Source: Nitrospirota bacterium
GTDB lineage: Bacteria > Nitrospirota > UBA9217
Direction: 5' to 3'
DNA: 64,000 bases
NCBI GenBank assembly: GCA_963737155.1
Contig: CAVTRN010000002.1
Location: 160,001-224,000, forward strand
How positions within the stretch are numbered: position 1 is the stretch's first letter; each line of letters opens with the position of its first letter. The position numbers were made by a program, and so were the translations under genes. Below are positions 10,391-20,769 of this stretch, piece after piece. The notes beneath the pieces were generated by a model that was given only the letters and a program-made list of their open reading frames with translations, made no database searches and was not told where the DNA came from.

Positions 10391-11134
10391 TTAATAGGTC
10401 ACCACTATCGCAGCGGTTAACATTGTATCGGTTCTCTTCAGTGTTGCAGGGACCGGTTCGTTTGAATAGTTTACAATATAAGAGGTCTTGAGGGATAATT
10501 TGCCATTTAATTTAGATATGAACGCTGTTTCCGAATTAACGAAGTATTTTCGCGAATCATTTAAGTCATCAAGATATTCCAGGGATTGGGAGAACTTGTT
10601 CGTTTTTGTAAACGCATAGTCGTATTTTACGAAGGCACGTCCAGTGGGATATTCTCTCATTGTTTTATTGGTATATTTATCGGACACAGACATGGCGCTG
10701 AGTTCACCGATCAGAAAATTGTTCGGCCCATTCAGAAACTTGTATCCTTCACCGGCTCCCTCATACACGTGCTCGTCAACACCGGCAAATCTATTTTGCT
10801 GCCAGCCCGCATTTACAAAGGAATATAACCGCTGTGTGTTCTGATAATCCAGCTTAAGATCCGTGTAATAGCTTTCCGCTGTTTTTACGTCATTCGCATC
10901 CGCATGCAACGCGCCGGCTTTCCAGGCCCCTAGCCATTGCTCGTTAAATTTGTATTTCGCCTGGTTTTTTACCGCAAGGCTGGTGACGTTCGTATTACCA
11001 CCAGTTTGTACGAACGCAAGATCGCCTTCGTCGCTTAATGCCTTCTTTTCTGCTACTTCCTCTGCAAACGCAATCGACACCATCGCTATTAGCCCTAGGT
11101 ATGCCGCTACGATGAAGAACGTGGCTGTTTTCAT
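10391..11134 (-). CDS. DUF481 (YdiY-like) outer-membrane beta-barrel protein
   Basis: Signal peptide, GGNT motif, NRFAG, ...KRTDT and an aromatic C-terminal residue. Confidence 0.85.
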   Translation of the reverse strand: MKTATFFIVAAYLGLIAMVSIAFAEEVAEKKALSDEGDLAFVQTGGNTNVTSLAVKNQAKYKFNEQWLGAWKAGALHADANDVKTAESYYTDLKLDYQNTQRLYSFVNAGWQQNRFAGVDEHVYEGAGEGYKFLNGPNNFLIGELSAMSVSDKYTNKTMREYPTGRAFVKYDYAFTKTNKFSQSLEYLDDLNDSRKYFVNSETAFISKLNGKLSLKTSYIVNYSNEPVPATLKRTDTMLTAAIVVTY

Positions 11135-11550
11135 AACTGCTCCTTCCCTTGTGACCCCACTCTCGTTTAACAATGGAGACTGTTTACAGAATACTTATGT
11201 ATTCTTGGCGCCATGTAGTTCGCTGCCAACTATGCTGATGTCACATATTTATGATGTGTCTTTACATGGCCCAAAGTTAGGAGGTTACCTACTTCAGGTC
11301 CGTATGTTCAAGTCTCAGGTGGTTTAAATATACGCGTTGGTTGACATAGGCCTGATAGCTGCTTTGGTCGAAGATGTATGGATCGCTGAAAAGGTACTCG
11401 ACAGAAACGGCAATGTTGAGTTTTGAACTTGGCGAAAGAGAATAGACATAATGGTTGACAGTTGAAAAAGTGACCTGCCCCTTGTCACCGTGGGTTATAC
11501 TTGGATGCAATGGGTGTCCAAATACAGAGCCACAAACAAGGAGGCAGGTC

Positions 11551-12663
11551 ATGAAAGATTCTATCACAATCGTAGGACTCGATTCAGCAAAAAACTCCAT
11601 AGCTGTAGCAACGGCCGAAATTGGCGGCAGCCAAGAGGTTCGCTACTACGGCAAAATCGGCGGCGACATGGCGTCATTGGACAAAATGGTCAGAAAGCTT
11701 GAAAGCAAAGGCTCAGAACTGCACTTCGTCTATGAAGCCGGGCCGTGTGGTTACGAAATATACCGCCATCTAACCAAGAGAGGTTACAAATGCACGGTTG
11801 TGGCACCATCGCTGATTCCCAAGAAAAGCGGAGATCGCGTCAAGACCGATCGTCGTGACGCGCAAAGTCTAGCCAGGCTGTATCGGGCCGGAGAACTGAC
11901 TCCTGTTTACGTGCCCCAAGAGGATGATGAAGCCATGAGAGACCTGACCCGATGCCGCGAAGACGCAGTCAAGGCCCATCGCACTGCCCGGCAGAGGTTA
12001 GGCGCGATGCTCCTGCGGCATGGACACCGTTACTCTGGAGAAACCGCATGGACCCAAGCCCACATGCGCTGGTTGTCTGATATCAAGATGCCACACCCTG
12101 CACAGCAGATCACGCTGCAAGAGTACATCAACACGGTGAAGGAATGCGCAGAGCGTGTGGCCCGGCTTACGGAGCAGATTCAAACGCTTATGCCCACATG
12201 CCGAACGGCCCCTGTTGCACTCGCAATCCAATCGTTACGCGGCATCGCGGATGTAACTGCCGCGACCACCATGGCCGAGATCGGAGACTTGGGACGTTTT
12301 GAAAATCCCAAGCAGCTCATGGGATACCTTGGATTGGTCCCTTCCGAATACTCCAGCGGCGACAGCACCAGACGGGGTGCTATCACCAAAACCGGAAACA
12401 CCCACGTCAGGCGCGCATTGATTGAAGCGGCCCAAGCCTACAGTCTGCCGGCCCGAGTGAGCCGGGTAATCCTCAAGCGGCAGGAGGGGCTGCCGAAAAA
12501 TATCTGTGATATCTCCTGGAAAGCCCAGGTGCGTCTCTGCGGACGGTTCCGTAAACTCACGGCCAAAGGGAAGCCCAGGAACAAGGTGGTAACCGCCATT
12601 GCCAGGGAACTATGCGGCTTCATATGGGCAATTGCCCGGGAAGTGAATCTCCAGAGCGCATAA
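11551..12663 (+). CDS. IS110-family DEDD recombinase/transposase
   Basis: GLD, YEAG and KTDRRDA RuvC-like residues, the GLVPSEYSSG serine motif, and an AAGGAGG RBS. Confidence 0.96.
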   Translation: MKDSITIVGLDSAKNSIAVATAEIGGSQEVRYYGKIGGDMASLDKMVRKLESKGSELHFVYEAGPCGYEIYRHLTKRGYKCTVVAPSLIPKKSGDRVKTDRRDAQSLARLYRAGELTPVYVPQEDDEAMRDLTRCREDAVKAHRTARQRLGAMLLRHGHRYSGETAWTQAHMRWLSDIKMPHPAQQITLQEYINTVKECAERVARLTEQIQTLMPTCRTAPVALAIQSLRGIADVTAATTMAEIGDLGRFENPKQLMGYLGLVPSEYSSGDSTRRGAITKTGNTHVRRALIEAAQAYSLPARVSRVILKRQEGLPKNICDISWKAQVRLCGRFRKLTAKGKPRNKVVTAIARELCGFIWAIAREVNLQSA

Positions 12664-12939
12664 GAAGATTAACCCAAGAACAAGGTGTCACACAAAACTT
12701 GAGGGGGTATCTTGGCATGGACTGTCTCTGGAAAATCAATCCTGGGGCATTTATGAAAGAAAAAATCAACCCTCAAAGGTAAAAACCGCTCAAATCGTCA
12801 ACATAGGCGGAAGCATCGAGCTTTCCAAAGAACAGGATCAAAAACTTGAAGTCACCCGGTAACAATGGCGACTCAAACGACTGAGGCAAAACAAAGGAGG
12901 ACGCAAGCAAACAATAAACAACCTCCAAGGCATAAGCGG

Positions 12940-13110
12940 GGACGCGGCCACGTTTACGGAGAATCCTCGTCCAAACTATGGAATAAGGCAATGCCGAACT
13001 TCCGTTAATAGAGCGAGGCAGCTCCGCGGCGAAGAAAGGTCTTGCGGTCAAACCCGCGAATATCAGAGTGATCAAACGTCGCACAAGTCGGCCCCGTCCC
13101 TCCTTACGCC
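12940..13110 (+). ncRNA. Putative bridge/seek RNA of the IS1111-type element
   Basis: Two stem/internal-loop/hairpin units whose loop sequences match the reconstructed target and the circle junction (see findings). Boundaries are approximate. Confidence 0.7.
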
Positions 13111-13474
13111 TTGGAACATATTGAAACAACGAACCCTTTGAAAAAAAGGGGCAGGAGACTATTTTCCCTATTGACAACTGTCAACCATATCAGTTTAGCG
13201 ACTCAACGAGTGAGTAGACGCCATCCTCAAGTTAGCTATTATCCGCGTTCCCGTACTCAGTGACTCAAGCAGAACCTTGCATCGTCAGTCCTGGCGTCTT
13301 TTTACATAAAGATGCGATATAACTTTCCGGTCATTCTCGCGACTTTCACAGGGTCGGAAGTATATTTTAACCACGTGTCGAACTCTAGATGAGTGCTGAT
13401 GCGTGATTCCCGCATTTCAGTATGGCTGGCTGGTATGCTCTTTGGTTAGCCCTGTCATGTCAAAGTCGAACAGG

Positions 13475-16400
13475 CTATTTCGTGAAGCTCGCCACAACCG
13501 TGCAGTTCGCCGTGATCGCGTCCGTAGTATATTTTTTTCCGGACAGCGCGCCGCCGCAGGTACCACCCACCGAGGCGGTGTATCCTGAGGCCGGCGTTAC
13601 GGTGAATACCGTCGTCTTGTTGTAGTCGACCGTCTGGGCGGTTGACGGGCTGATGGTCCCATTACTGCCGCTGACAGACGGCGTCACGGTAAGAGTCTTG
13701 ATCGAGAAGCTCGCCACAACCGTGCAGTTCGCCGTGATCGCGTTCGTCGTATACGTGTTGCCGTTCAGCGTGCCGCCGCAGGTGCCGCCCACCGAGGCGG
13801 AGTATCCCGTGGCCGGCGTTACGGTGAATGTTGTTGCTAAATCGTAGCTGACCGTCTGGGCGGTCGACGGGCTGATGGTCCCATTACTGCCGCTGACCGA
13901 CGGCGTTACGGTATACGTCTTGATCGAGAAGCTCGCGCTGATCGTGTGGTTCGTTATGACATCCGTGAATGTGTAGGAAGTCACCGCACCGGCCGAAACG
14001 CCATCAACCAGCACGCCGGCAACAGAGTACCCCGTAGCCGGGGTGATCGTGAAATTCTGGCTTGCACCATAATTCACCGCCACGGAGCCCGATGGACTGA
14101 TGGACCCGCTTCCGCTGGAAACCGTCGCCGTTATGGTGTTGGTGTTGATCGAGAAGCTCGCCACAACCGTGCAGTTCGCCGTGATTGCGTTCGTCGTGTA
14201 TGTGGTGCCGTTAAGCGTGCCGCCGCAGGTGCCGCCCACCGTGCCGGTGTATCCCGTGGCCGGCGTTACGGTAAATGCCGTCGTCGTGTTATAGCTAACC
14301 GTCTGGGCGGCCGACGGGCTGATGGTCCCATTACTGCCGCTGACCGACGGAGTCACGGTAAACGTTTTGATCGAGAAGCTTGCGCTTATCGTGTGATTCG
14401 CTATAACATCCGTGAACGTGTAGGAGGTCACCGCGCCAGCCGAAACGCCATCCACCAGCACGCCGGCAACAGAGTACCCCGTAGCCGGGGTGATCGTGAA
14501 TGTCTGGCTTGCACCATAATTCACCGACACGGAGCCCGATGGGCTGATGGACCCGCTTCCGCTGGAAACCGTCGCCGTTATGGTGTTGCCGTTGATCGAG
14601 AAGCTCGCCACAACCGTGCAGTTCGCCGTGATCGCGTTCGTCGTGTACGTGGTGCCGTTCAGCGTGCCGCCGCAGGTTCCACCCACGGAGGCGGTGTATC
14701 CCGTGGCCGGAGTTACAGTGAATGCCGTCGTCGCATTGTAGGTAACCGTCTGGGCGGTCGACGGGCTGATGGTCCCATTACTGCCGGTGACCGACGACGT
14801 CACCGTAAACGCGTCAATCGAGAAACTTACCGATATGGTGTGGCTCGTTGTTACATTATTGAACGCATAGGAGGTCACCGCACCAACCGAAACGCCATCC
14901 ACCAGCACGCCGGCAACAGAGTACCCCGTAGCCGGGGTGAACGTGAAGGTCTGGCTTGCACCATAATTCACCGTCATGGAGCCCGATGGGCTGATGGAAC
15001 CGCTCCCGCTGGATACCGTCGCCGTTATGGTGTTGGTGATGATTGAGAAGCTGGCGCTGATCGTATGGTTCGCCGTTACGTTCGTGAACGCGTAGGAGCT
15101 CACCGCGCCGACCGAAACGCCGTCTACCAGCACGTCCGCAATTTGATAGCCGGCATTCGGCGTGATACTGAACGTCTGGGTCGCACCCGAGACCAGCATC
15201 ACCGCTCCGGACGGCGTGATACTGCCGTTCCCCCCCGCTGTCGATGCCGTGATGATGAACGTAGCAATGGCCTCGGTAGTAAAGGACCAGGCATACCCCC
15301 CGGACGTATTGCTGACAAGCGGGTTTCCCGCAAGGTTGGTGGCATGCGAGGTAATTTCGGCAACGTAGTTTGTACTGTATGCCAGGGGCTGCGTAGGCGT
15401 AAATACAAGCGTGGCGCCGCTGGAAGTGACCCACCCGGGGATGCTTGTTCCATTCCCGTCGACAAGCGTAAAGGTAGTGGTCGGCGTGATCGAGCTCGTA
15501 AGCACGGCTTCACTGCAGAGCGCGACCACGTCGTTGTAGATTGGCACATTGACCGCAGAGCTGGTCGGGAACGTGGAAAGGACGGCAGGCGGGACGCTGT
15601 CCGAGGCCTCTGGTTCTGTAGTAAAGCTCCAGGTATATTCGGACGACAACGAATTCAGGGACAGATCGCTGACCGCTTCGGGGATGCTGACCGTATAGAG
15701 GGTCGACGGTGCAAGGGACGTGCTTGGCATGAAAATGACCGTATTGTCGACATACATGATCGTGCCGGGAATCCCGGTCGTGCCGTTACTGACGATGATC
15801 GACGAAGGCGTGAGGCCCGTCAGGAGCATCGGTTCGCTGAAGGTAACACTGATCGGCGTGTTCACATCGGCCGCCGAGGCGGTGGTGGACGGGATGGTGA
15901 GCGCCGACATGACCATGGGAGCTGCAATGTCAGGTCCTGCTCCGGTCACAAAACTCGCTACGAAGGCGTCTATCATGGGAGTGCCCGACACGGTTTGCAC
16001 CCCGGTTGTGACGTTGACGATGTAGATAGAATTGGGAGGAAGGGGACTCAGGGGTTCGAACGTGGCCGAGGCCGTCGCCGCATTATAGTAAACATTGCCC
16101 GGAACGTTTCCAGTCGGCGTACTGAGTATTATCGTGTCCGAGGAAACCGTAGACGGGTCGACAGGCTGACTGAACATGATTGAAATAGCGGTCGTCGTGC
16201 TGACATTTTGTGACCGGTCTTCGGGCTGGACATCGATGACCCTGAGCGGCATGGTCACCCCGGTAATGAAAGAGCTGGTGAATGCCGCGGACATGGCGAT
16301 TCCGGTCGTGTCCATGACGGTATTGGCGACTGTAACCGTGTAGAGGGTACTCGGATTCAATACGACTGATGGCAAAAGAACGGCGGTATACTTGCCGTTC

Positions 16401-16684
16401 GCGTTGCTGTAGGTAACCGATGAGGGAACCGAACTCTGCTCGCCGTTATAGCAAAGCGTAATCGTTTTGTTATTGATGGTCGAAGCATCCATTTCGTTGC
16501 TGAATGTTATCACGATACCGTTGTTTATAGTTACGGAGACATTCAGCGCCCCATCGGCGGGTGTGATGGAGGTCACGGTGGGCGGCGTTATAGGGGCCGC
16601 CGGAAGCGGCCCCTTCTGGCCGCACGTCGAAAGCAGCATGACTGCTGCCTGCAGCACCATAAGTATAATAAATCGGTTCCTCAT
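13475..16684 (-). CDS. Large surface (lipo)protein: 4 Big_5/SbsA-type Ig domains plus 8 InlB-B-repeat-like modules
   Basis: Lipobox-like LLSTC, four P.V....P...A..V...I...FSE...L...T.Y...F.T units, and C-terminal ~74-aa repeats. Confidence 0.88.
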   Translation of the reverse strand: MRNRFIILMVLQAAVMLLSTCGQKGPLPAAPITPPTVTSITPADGALNVSVTINNGIVITFSNEMDASTINNKTITLCYNGEQSSVPSSVTYSNANGKYTAVLLPSVVLNPSTLYTVTVANTVMDTTGIAMSAAFTSSFITGVTMPLRVIDVQPEDRSQNVSTTTAISIMFSQPVDPSTVSSDTIILSTPTGNVPGNVYYNAATASATFEPLSPLPPNSIYIVNVTTGVQTVSGTPMIDAFVASFVTGAGPDIAAPMVMSALTIPSTTASAADVNTPISVTFSEPMLLTGLTPSSIIVSNGTTGIPGTIMYVDNTVIFMPSTSLAPSTLYTVSIPEAVSDLSLNSLSSEYTWSFTTEPEASDSVPPAVLSTFPTSSAVNVPIYNDVVALCSEAVLTSSITPTTTFTLVDGNGTSIPGWVTSSGATLVFTPTQPLAYSTNYVAEITSHATNLAGNPLVSNTSGGYAWSFTTEAIATFIITASTAGGNGSITPSGAVMLVSGATQTFSITPNAGYQIADVLVDGVSVGAVSSYAFTNVTANHTISASFSIITNTITATVSSGSGSISPSGSMTVNYGASQTFTFTPATGYSVAGVLVDGVSVGAVTSYAFNNVTTSHTISVSFSIDAFTVTSSVTGSNGTISPSTAQTVTYNATTAFTVTPATGYTASVGGTCGGTLNGTTYTTNAITANCTVVASFSINGNTITATVSSGSGSISPSGSVSVNYGASQTFTITPATGYSVAGVLVDGVSAGAVTSYTFTDVIANHTISASFSIKTFTVTPSVSGSNGTISPSAAQTVSYNTTTAFTVTPATGYTGTVGGTCGGTLNGTTYTTNAITANCTVVASFSINTNTITATVSSGSGSISPSGSVAVNYGASQNFTITPATGYSVAGVLVDGVSAGAVTSYTFTDVITNHTISASFSIKTYTVTPSVSGSNGTISPSTAQTVSYDLATTFTVTPATGYSASVGGTCGGTLNGNTYTTNAITANCTVVASFSIKTLTVTPSVSGSNGTISPSTAQTVDYNKTTVFTVTPASGYTASVGGTCGGALSGKKYTTDAITANCTVVASFTK
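13480..15250. repeat. Intragenic tandem repeats with a 447-bp higher-order unit
   Basis: GAGAAGCTCGCCACAACCGTGCAGTTCGCCGTGAT recurs at about 13704, 14150 and 14597. Module order is A-A-B-A-B-A-B-B. Confidence 0.9.
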
Positions 16685-16742
16685 ACCCCTCGTTGATCTA
16701 CACTCACATCACATGCAGGGAGTGGCTTTCTTGCTGTCAATC

Positions 16743-16831
16743 CGGCAGCGGACGCTCCCGGAAAGATTAAAACGCTATACTCACTTGCCCTGTGGCTTTG
16801 TTGTTCCAATAATTGTAGTTGTACTCGCCCG
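16743..16831 (-). promoter_or_regulatory. Possible degenerate c-di-GMP-I (GEMM-I) riboswitch remnant
   Basis: The minus strand of the adhesin leader reads GGGCGAG...CAAAGCCACAGGG...AGCGUCCGCUGCCG. The GNRA hairpin is not recognisable. Confidence 0.3.
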
Positions 16832-17350
16832 AAACAAATGCATATGCATTCGTATAATTGTATTCCCTTCTTATTAAGACACATGGGTATAGGATTATAG
16901 GATTTCGGAAGAAAACGGTGAAGGACAGACTGACATAAGCAGGTGGTCGTCTGGACCACAGACTACGTGCTGAGATACGTCAGTTCACCTAGTTCATCCA
17001 CGGGCATCGATGTGATCATATGCCAACATCTATACCACATGTTGACGAAATACGAATAACCATATAACAATTAAACCCAAATTCTGCGCCACTTGACAAA
17101 ACATGGTGGCTCAGACAGGCAGATGGAGGATCGGTACCGATCGGAACCATGGATAGAATCAGGGAAAGAGCAAATGTGCGTTTCATAATTGTTCCTCTAA
17201 TAAAATATAGATTTTTCTCTCAGATCATGATGACCTTTCGCGAGGACTATCATACTTAAAATCGGAAAGCTTCGCTTTATCTTTTACGCCCATCGTTATT
17301 ATCAGCTATAAATACTGCTGAACAGGCTCCTTAATTCTGATAAAAACTCT

Positions 17351-17602
17351 TCAGACAACATTCTTGATCGAATTCTCGTTATTCTTGATGTAAACAGTAC
17401 CGTTTAATTTATTTATAAGGTGTGCCCGTTTATGTGTTAAATGCCCGACTTCACCTGCTTGTGCATGATGCTGTATGTGAGGACAACTATCATGTCGGGA
17501 GGTTTTGCAGTACTCTTCAAGCTCGAGCAAACTTGGCATATAAACGAATCCGTTCACTCCACAGGATAAAATACGAGATCCCCACAACTCAGGGCATTTC
17601 AT
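17351..17602 (-). CDS. Small Cys-rich hypothetical protein
   Basis: MKCP...C...YMPS..EL.EYC....H..CP pattern and AAAGGAG RBS. Confidence 0.7.
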   Translation of the reverse strand: MKCPELWGSRILSCGVNGFVYMPSLLELEEYCKTSRHDSCPHIQHHAQAGEVGHLTHKRAHLINKLNGTVYIKNNENSIKNVV

Positions 17603-17660
17603 GATTTGCTCCTTTCGCGCTTCTCGATATCAAAAAGCGAAAAAAGATATACAGGAGTGA

Positions 17661-17984
17661 TTACCTCACATTTATTACAGAGTTGTTCGTTCCAAAGGGG
17701 TTATTGGTTGATTCGGCGTTTGCTGTATCCTGTATCCACGATCCATCAACAAAAAACTTATACTCGCATCTTCCCAGGGGGAGTTTCAACTTGATTTTCC
17801 ATATTCCATCTTTCCCTTTTATCATGGGAGTAGACTGGGTGTTCCAATTATTGAATGATCCTGCAATGTGGACCTTTGTTGCATTAGGAGATGTAAATGA
17901 TAATTCAAATTCCCGCACGCTGTCAGGGCGTAAATTGCTGATAGACTTATTTAACTGCTTTCCTGTGTCCCTCATATTGGCCAT
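17661..17984 (-). CDS. Stand-alone CBM48/AMPK-like glycogen-binding domain protein
   Basis: P.A.KV.IAGSFNNW...M.K...G.W...L..G..EYKFFVDG.W..D......NPFG.NNS motif. Confidence 0.9.
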   Translation of the reverse strand: MANMRDTGKQLNKSISNLRPDSVREFELSFTSPNATKVHIAGSFNNWNTQSTPMIKGKDGIWKIKLKLPLGRCEYKFFVDGSWIQDTANAESTNNPFGTNNSVINVR

Positions 17985-18208
17985 TGCTGTTGCCTCCTCT
18001 TTGTAGTTTTTGTTAATGTCTCATAAATATAGTAGCTTCATGTGGAGCTCTTTATTAACCATATCATATTAATAGAACCTCGGCATGATTTATCCATTTT
18101 GTTGTAAAAAAAGTATAAGCATTTATTATTTATTGCATATGTGCACCTTGATGCATTTATAAGGCAATTATTGCTCTTAAGCATATAGAATTAGAATTCG
18201 ACACCAAT

Positions 18209-18510
18209 GGGGTTTCGTTTGAACAACGTGCTTTTCTCGATCCTTACCGTATCATCATGGAGGTCCTGGAACACAGTACCGAGGAAAATAGACATTATTG
18301 CATCGGATGTGCTGGCGAAGGAATCATGACTGTTAGATTCACGTTTCGCGGAAGTGTTAAACGTCTATATGGCGCCGGATATTGGAGGAAGGAAAGAAAA
18401 AGATACGAAGATCAAAATTAAAGACACCGATGAACTGATGGGTATATTGAAAGTAACAAAGATTATCTGCCACCTCCGGATCAGTCAGTACTTAAAGAAG
18501 ACAATGTCAA
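18209..18510 (+). pseudogene. Decayed BrnT toxin / CopG-BrnA antitoxin pair
   Basis: Manual translation gives GVSFEQRAFLDPYR...EHSTEENRHYCIG...IMTVRFTFR...GAGYWRK, then KIKDTDE..G.LKV..DYLPPPDQ. The 5' end is missing and the region is frameshifted. Confidence 0.7.
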
Positions 18511-18712
18511 GGGAACGCCTGCCCTAAAAAAGTCGAGTGTTGAATCCTATAAGAAAGAGGCCAATAGGCATCACACGTCGTATAAAAAAAATGATATGTC
18601 AGCTTGTCGATTGGTACTCCTCTCGCCATCAATAGGTGGAGCTGTTAATATCTGCTCATATTATACTATACAGAATTACTGATTGAAGTATGTACTGTCG
18701 GAATCTGCAGTC

Positions 18713-18806
18713 AGTATCCGAAACGATCGAAATTGATGTCCGAGACAAATCGGAACAATTGTCCGAAATCAATCGTAATGGCAGGCCGACCCTATTGGAA
18801 TACGCA
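18713..18806. mobile_element. Orphan IS21-family terminal repeat array
   Basis: About 23-bp imperfect repeats (TGTCCGAAATCAATCG...) ending in GGAATACGCA. No istA/istB nearby. Confidence 0.65.
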
Positions 18807-19641
18807 ACAAGAATAAACTATTAAATTAACATTATCTGAATTGTTATGATGCTAATGAGGTATATTTTTACGCGTTTCACACTGGTGGTATATGCTTCAT
18901 AGCTGTCATGTGAAACACTGGTAGGAATTAAATAGAGAAGGATTTGTGAATCGCTGTGAAACGGATTTAAAAGGTATCACAAGGGGCATCAATCTTCATT
19001 CGGGACTGAAAAAAGAAGGCTTATAAGTCGGAAAAGCAGAGTCGCTATCTTGCGTCTTCTACAGTATTTAAAAGTATTCAGTTCGGAGGGCAAAAATGAC
19101 AAAAAAGTGTCAAGAAAGCGAATAATTCCGTTTAAGTTTTTAATCAGGAGTATTTTCTGTAGCTGTTGAAGTTTCCCTTCTCTATACACGGCGTCAAATA
19201 TAATTGCTCATATACTGCCATTTTTGGCTCGATATCTGTTATTTCGCAAAAAGGACATGCGCAACTATTTATGACGCTGAGTATAAATACTTCAACTTAT
19301 AGGCCGTATTTGTCAGTGTCCCTCCTCCATAAATACCCATCTGTATTTCTGTCTTGACAACTTCCCGACTCACTGGTATCATATAAAAAATATCATATAT
19401 GTTAGGATTGGATGTTACATAATTTGGCTCGATAAATTGTCTTTTCACGCTTGGGAATGCAGCAAGGTCACGGTTTGTTAATGCCATGGAAATCTTCATG
19501 TATTATGTAATTATTATATTTCAGTGTTTTTTATCATCATCTTCGCTGCATCAGTCGTTCATTCTTTCCTTCCACCAGAAAAGACAAAACGCATTTGATC
19601 CCATAAAAAATAGATTATTTGTAGGAAAGGAATAATCTCGC

Positions 19642-20025
19642 ATGGAAAAATTATCTATTATATTCAAGGCCCTTTCGGACGAAACTCGGCTCAGGATTGT
19701 GAAGCTTCTTGAGCACGGCGAGCTTTGCGTCTGCGATATTGTCGCCGCGCTGAACGTCGTTCAACCCAAGGCCTCGTTCCACCTCGGAGTATTGAAGGAG
19801 GCGGGTTTTATCAAGGACCGGAAGCAGGGCAAGTGGATTCATTACAGCTTGAACGAAGCCGATTTATTCAGGAGGATGCTTATGGTATCGATATGCGAAA
19901 AGGCTGAAGGCAACTTCATAGAGGAAGACCGGAAGCGCCTTGTCCGATTTCTCATGTCGAAGAAAGCAGGCAGTGATTGCCTCCCAACGAAAAAAATGTT
20001 GGCTTCTGCGGAGTCTAACTTATGA
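19642..20025 (+). CDS. arsR: ArsR/SmtB-family arsenic-responsive repressor
   Basis: FKALSDETRLRI...ELCVCDI...S.HL..LK.AG...R.QG.W..Y pattern; first gene of the ars operon. Confidence 0.92.
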   Translation: MEKLSIIFKALSDETRLRIVKLLEHGELCVCDIVAALNVVQPKASFHLGVLKEAGFIKDRKQGKWIHYSLNEADLFRRMLMVSICEKAEGNFIEEDRKRLVRFLMSKKAGSDCLPTKKMLASAESNL

Positions 20026-20738
20026 GGATAGCAGTTTTTGGAGATATACACGGAAATATCGAGGCACTCAAAGCAGCCTATGATGCGGCTATGACTTTGC
20101 AGCCCGACAAGACATATCACCTCGGCGATCTCGGCGGCTATGCGCCCTTTGTGAATGAGGTCGTGTATTTCCTTGTCGAGCATGGCATCGATGGCGTGCA
20201 GGGGAACTACGACGAGGCAATAGCGAATGACCGCGAGCACTGCGGATGCAAGGCAGAGGATCTTGTCCAGGAGGAGATGGCAAACCTGTCCTTTGCCTGG
20301 ACGAAGAAACACACATCAGCGAAGAGCAAAGCCTACATGAAGAGCCTACCGATAAAGATTACATTTACTGCCGAAGGGAGGAAGATCGTATTGTTCCACG
20401 CAACACCCCACAAAAATAACCTCTACTGGTATGAGGACCGACCGGAGAAGTTCTTTCTTGAGATGGCCGAGAAAAGCGATGCCGATGTCATGATCTATGG
20501 GCATATTCACAGGCCGTACAGAAAAGACATCAACGGAAAAGTCTTTATCAGTGCTGGAAGCGTAGGCAAGCCCAAGGACGGTGATGCAAGAGCATGCGTT
20601 GCAGTAGTGGACATAACACCGAAGGCCGTTGATGCAAAGTTTATTCGCGTGCCATACGAATTAGAAAAGGTAGCAGGCGCCATCATCGAAAGCAGCTTGC
20701 CTGCGTATTTCGCCGACAAGCTGAGGCGCGGGGCATGA
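20022..20738 (+). CDS. Calcineurin-like metallophosphoesterase (ars-operon associated)
   Basis: DIHGN, GDLGG, GNYD, H and GHIH motifs plus an HCGCK insert. Start overlaps the arsR stop. Confidence 0.9.
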   Translation: MRIAVFGDIHGNIEALKAAYDAAMTLQPDKTYHLGDLGGYAPFVNEVVYFLVEHGIDGVQGNYDEAIANDREHCGCKAEDLVQEEMANLSFAWTKKHTSAKSKAYMKSLPIKITFTAEGRKIVLFHATPHKNNLYWYEDRPEKFFLEMAEKSDADVMIYGHIHRPYRKDINGKVFISAGSVGKPKDGDARACVAVVDITPKAVDAKFIRVPYELEKVAGAIIESSLPAYFADKLRRGA

Positions 20739-20769
20739 ACCAGGACCAGTATCAGGGATGAGGAATACT

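Larger units (their letters stand above)
11444..13193 (+). mobile_element. IS110-family element, IS1111 type, apparently intact
   Basis: Sub-terminal inverted repeats ATGGTTGACAGTTG (11451-11464) and CAACTGTCAACCAT (13175-13188). An AG core occurs at both ends (11444-45, 13192-93), and there is a long 3' non-coding end. Confidence 0.88.

Noticed and set aside
13946-16183. Long plus-strand ORFs (366 and 372 aa) rich in Arg/His/Gly
   Set aside because: They are antisense shadows of the repetitive Thr/Ser-rich adhesin gene.
18713-18806. Possible CRISPR array
   Set aside because: The repeats abut without unique spacers and there are no cas genes; the pattern fits an IS21 terminus.
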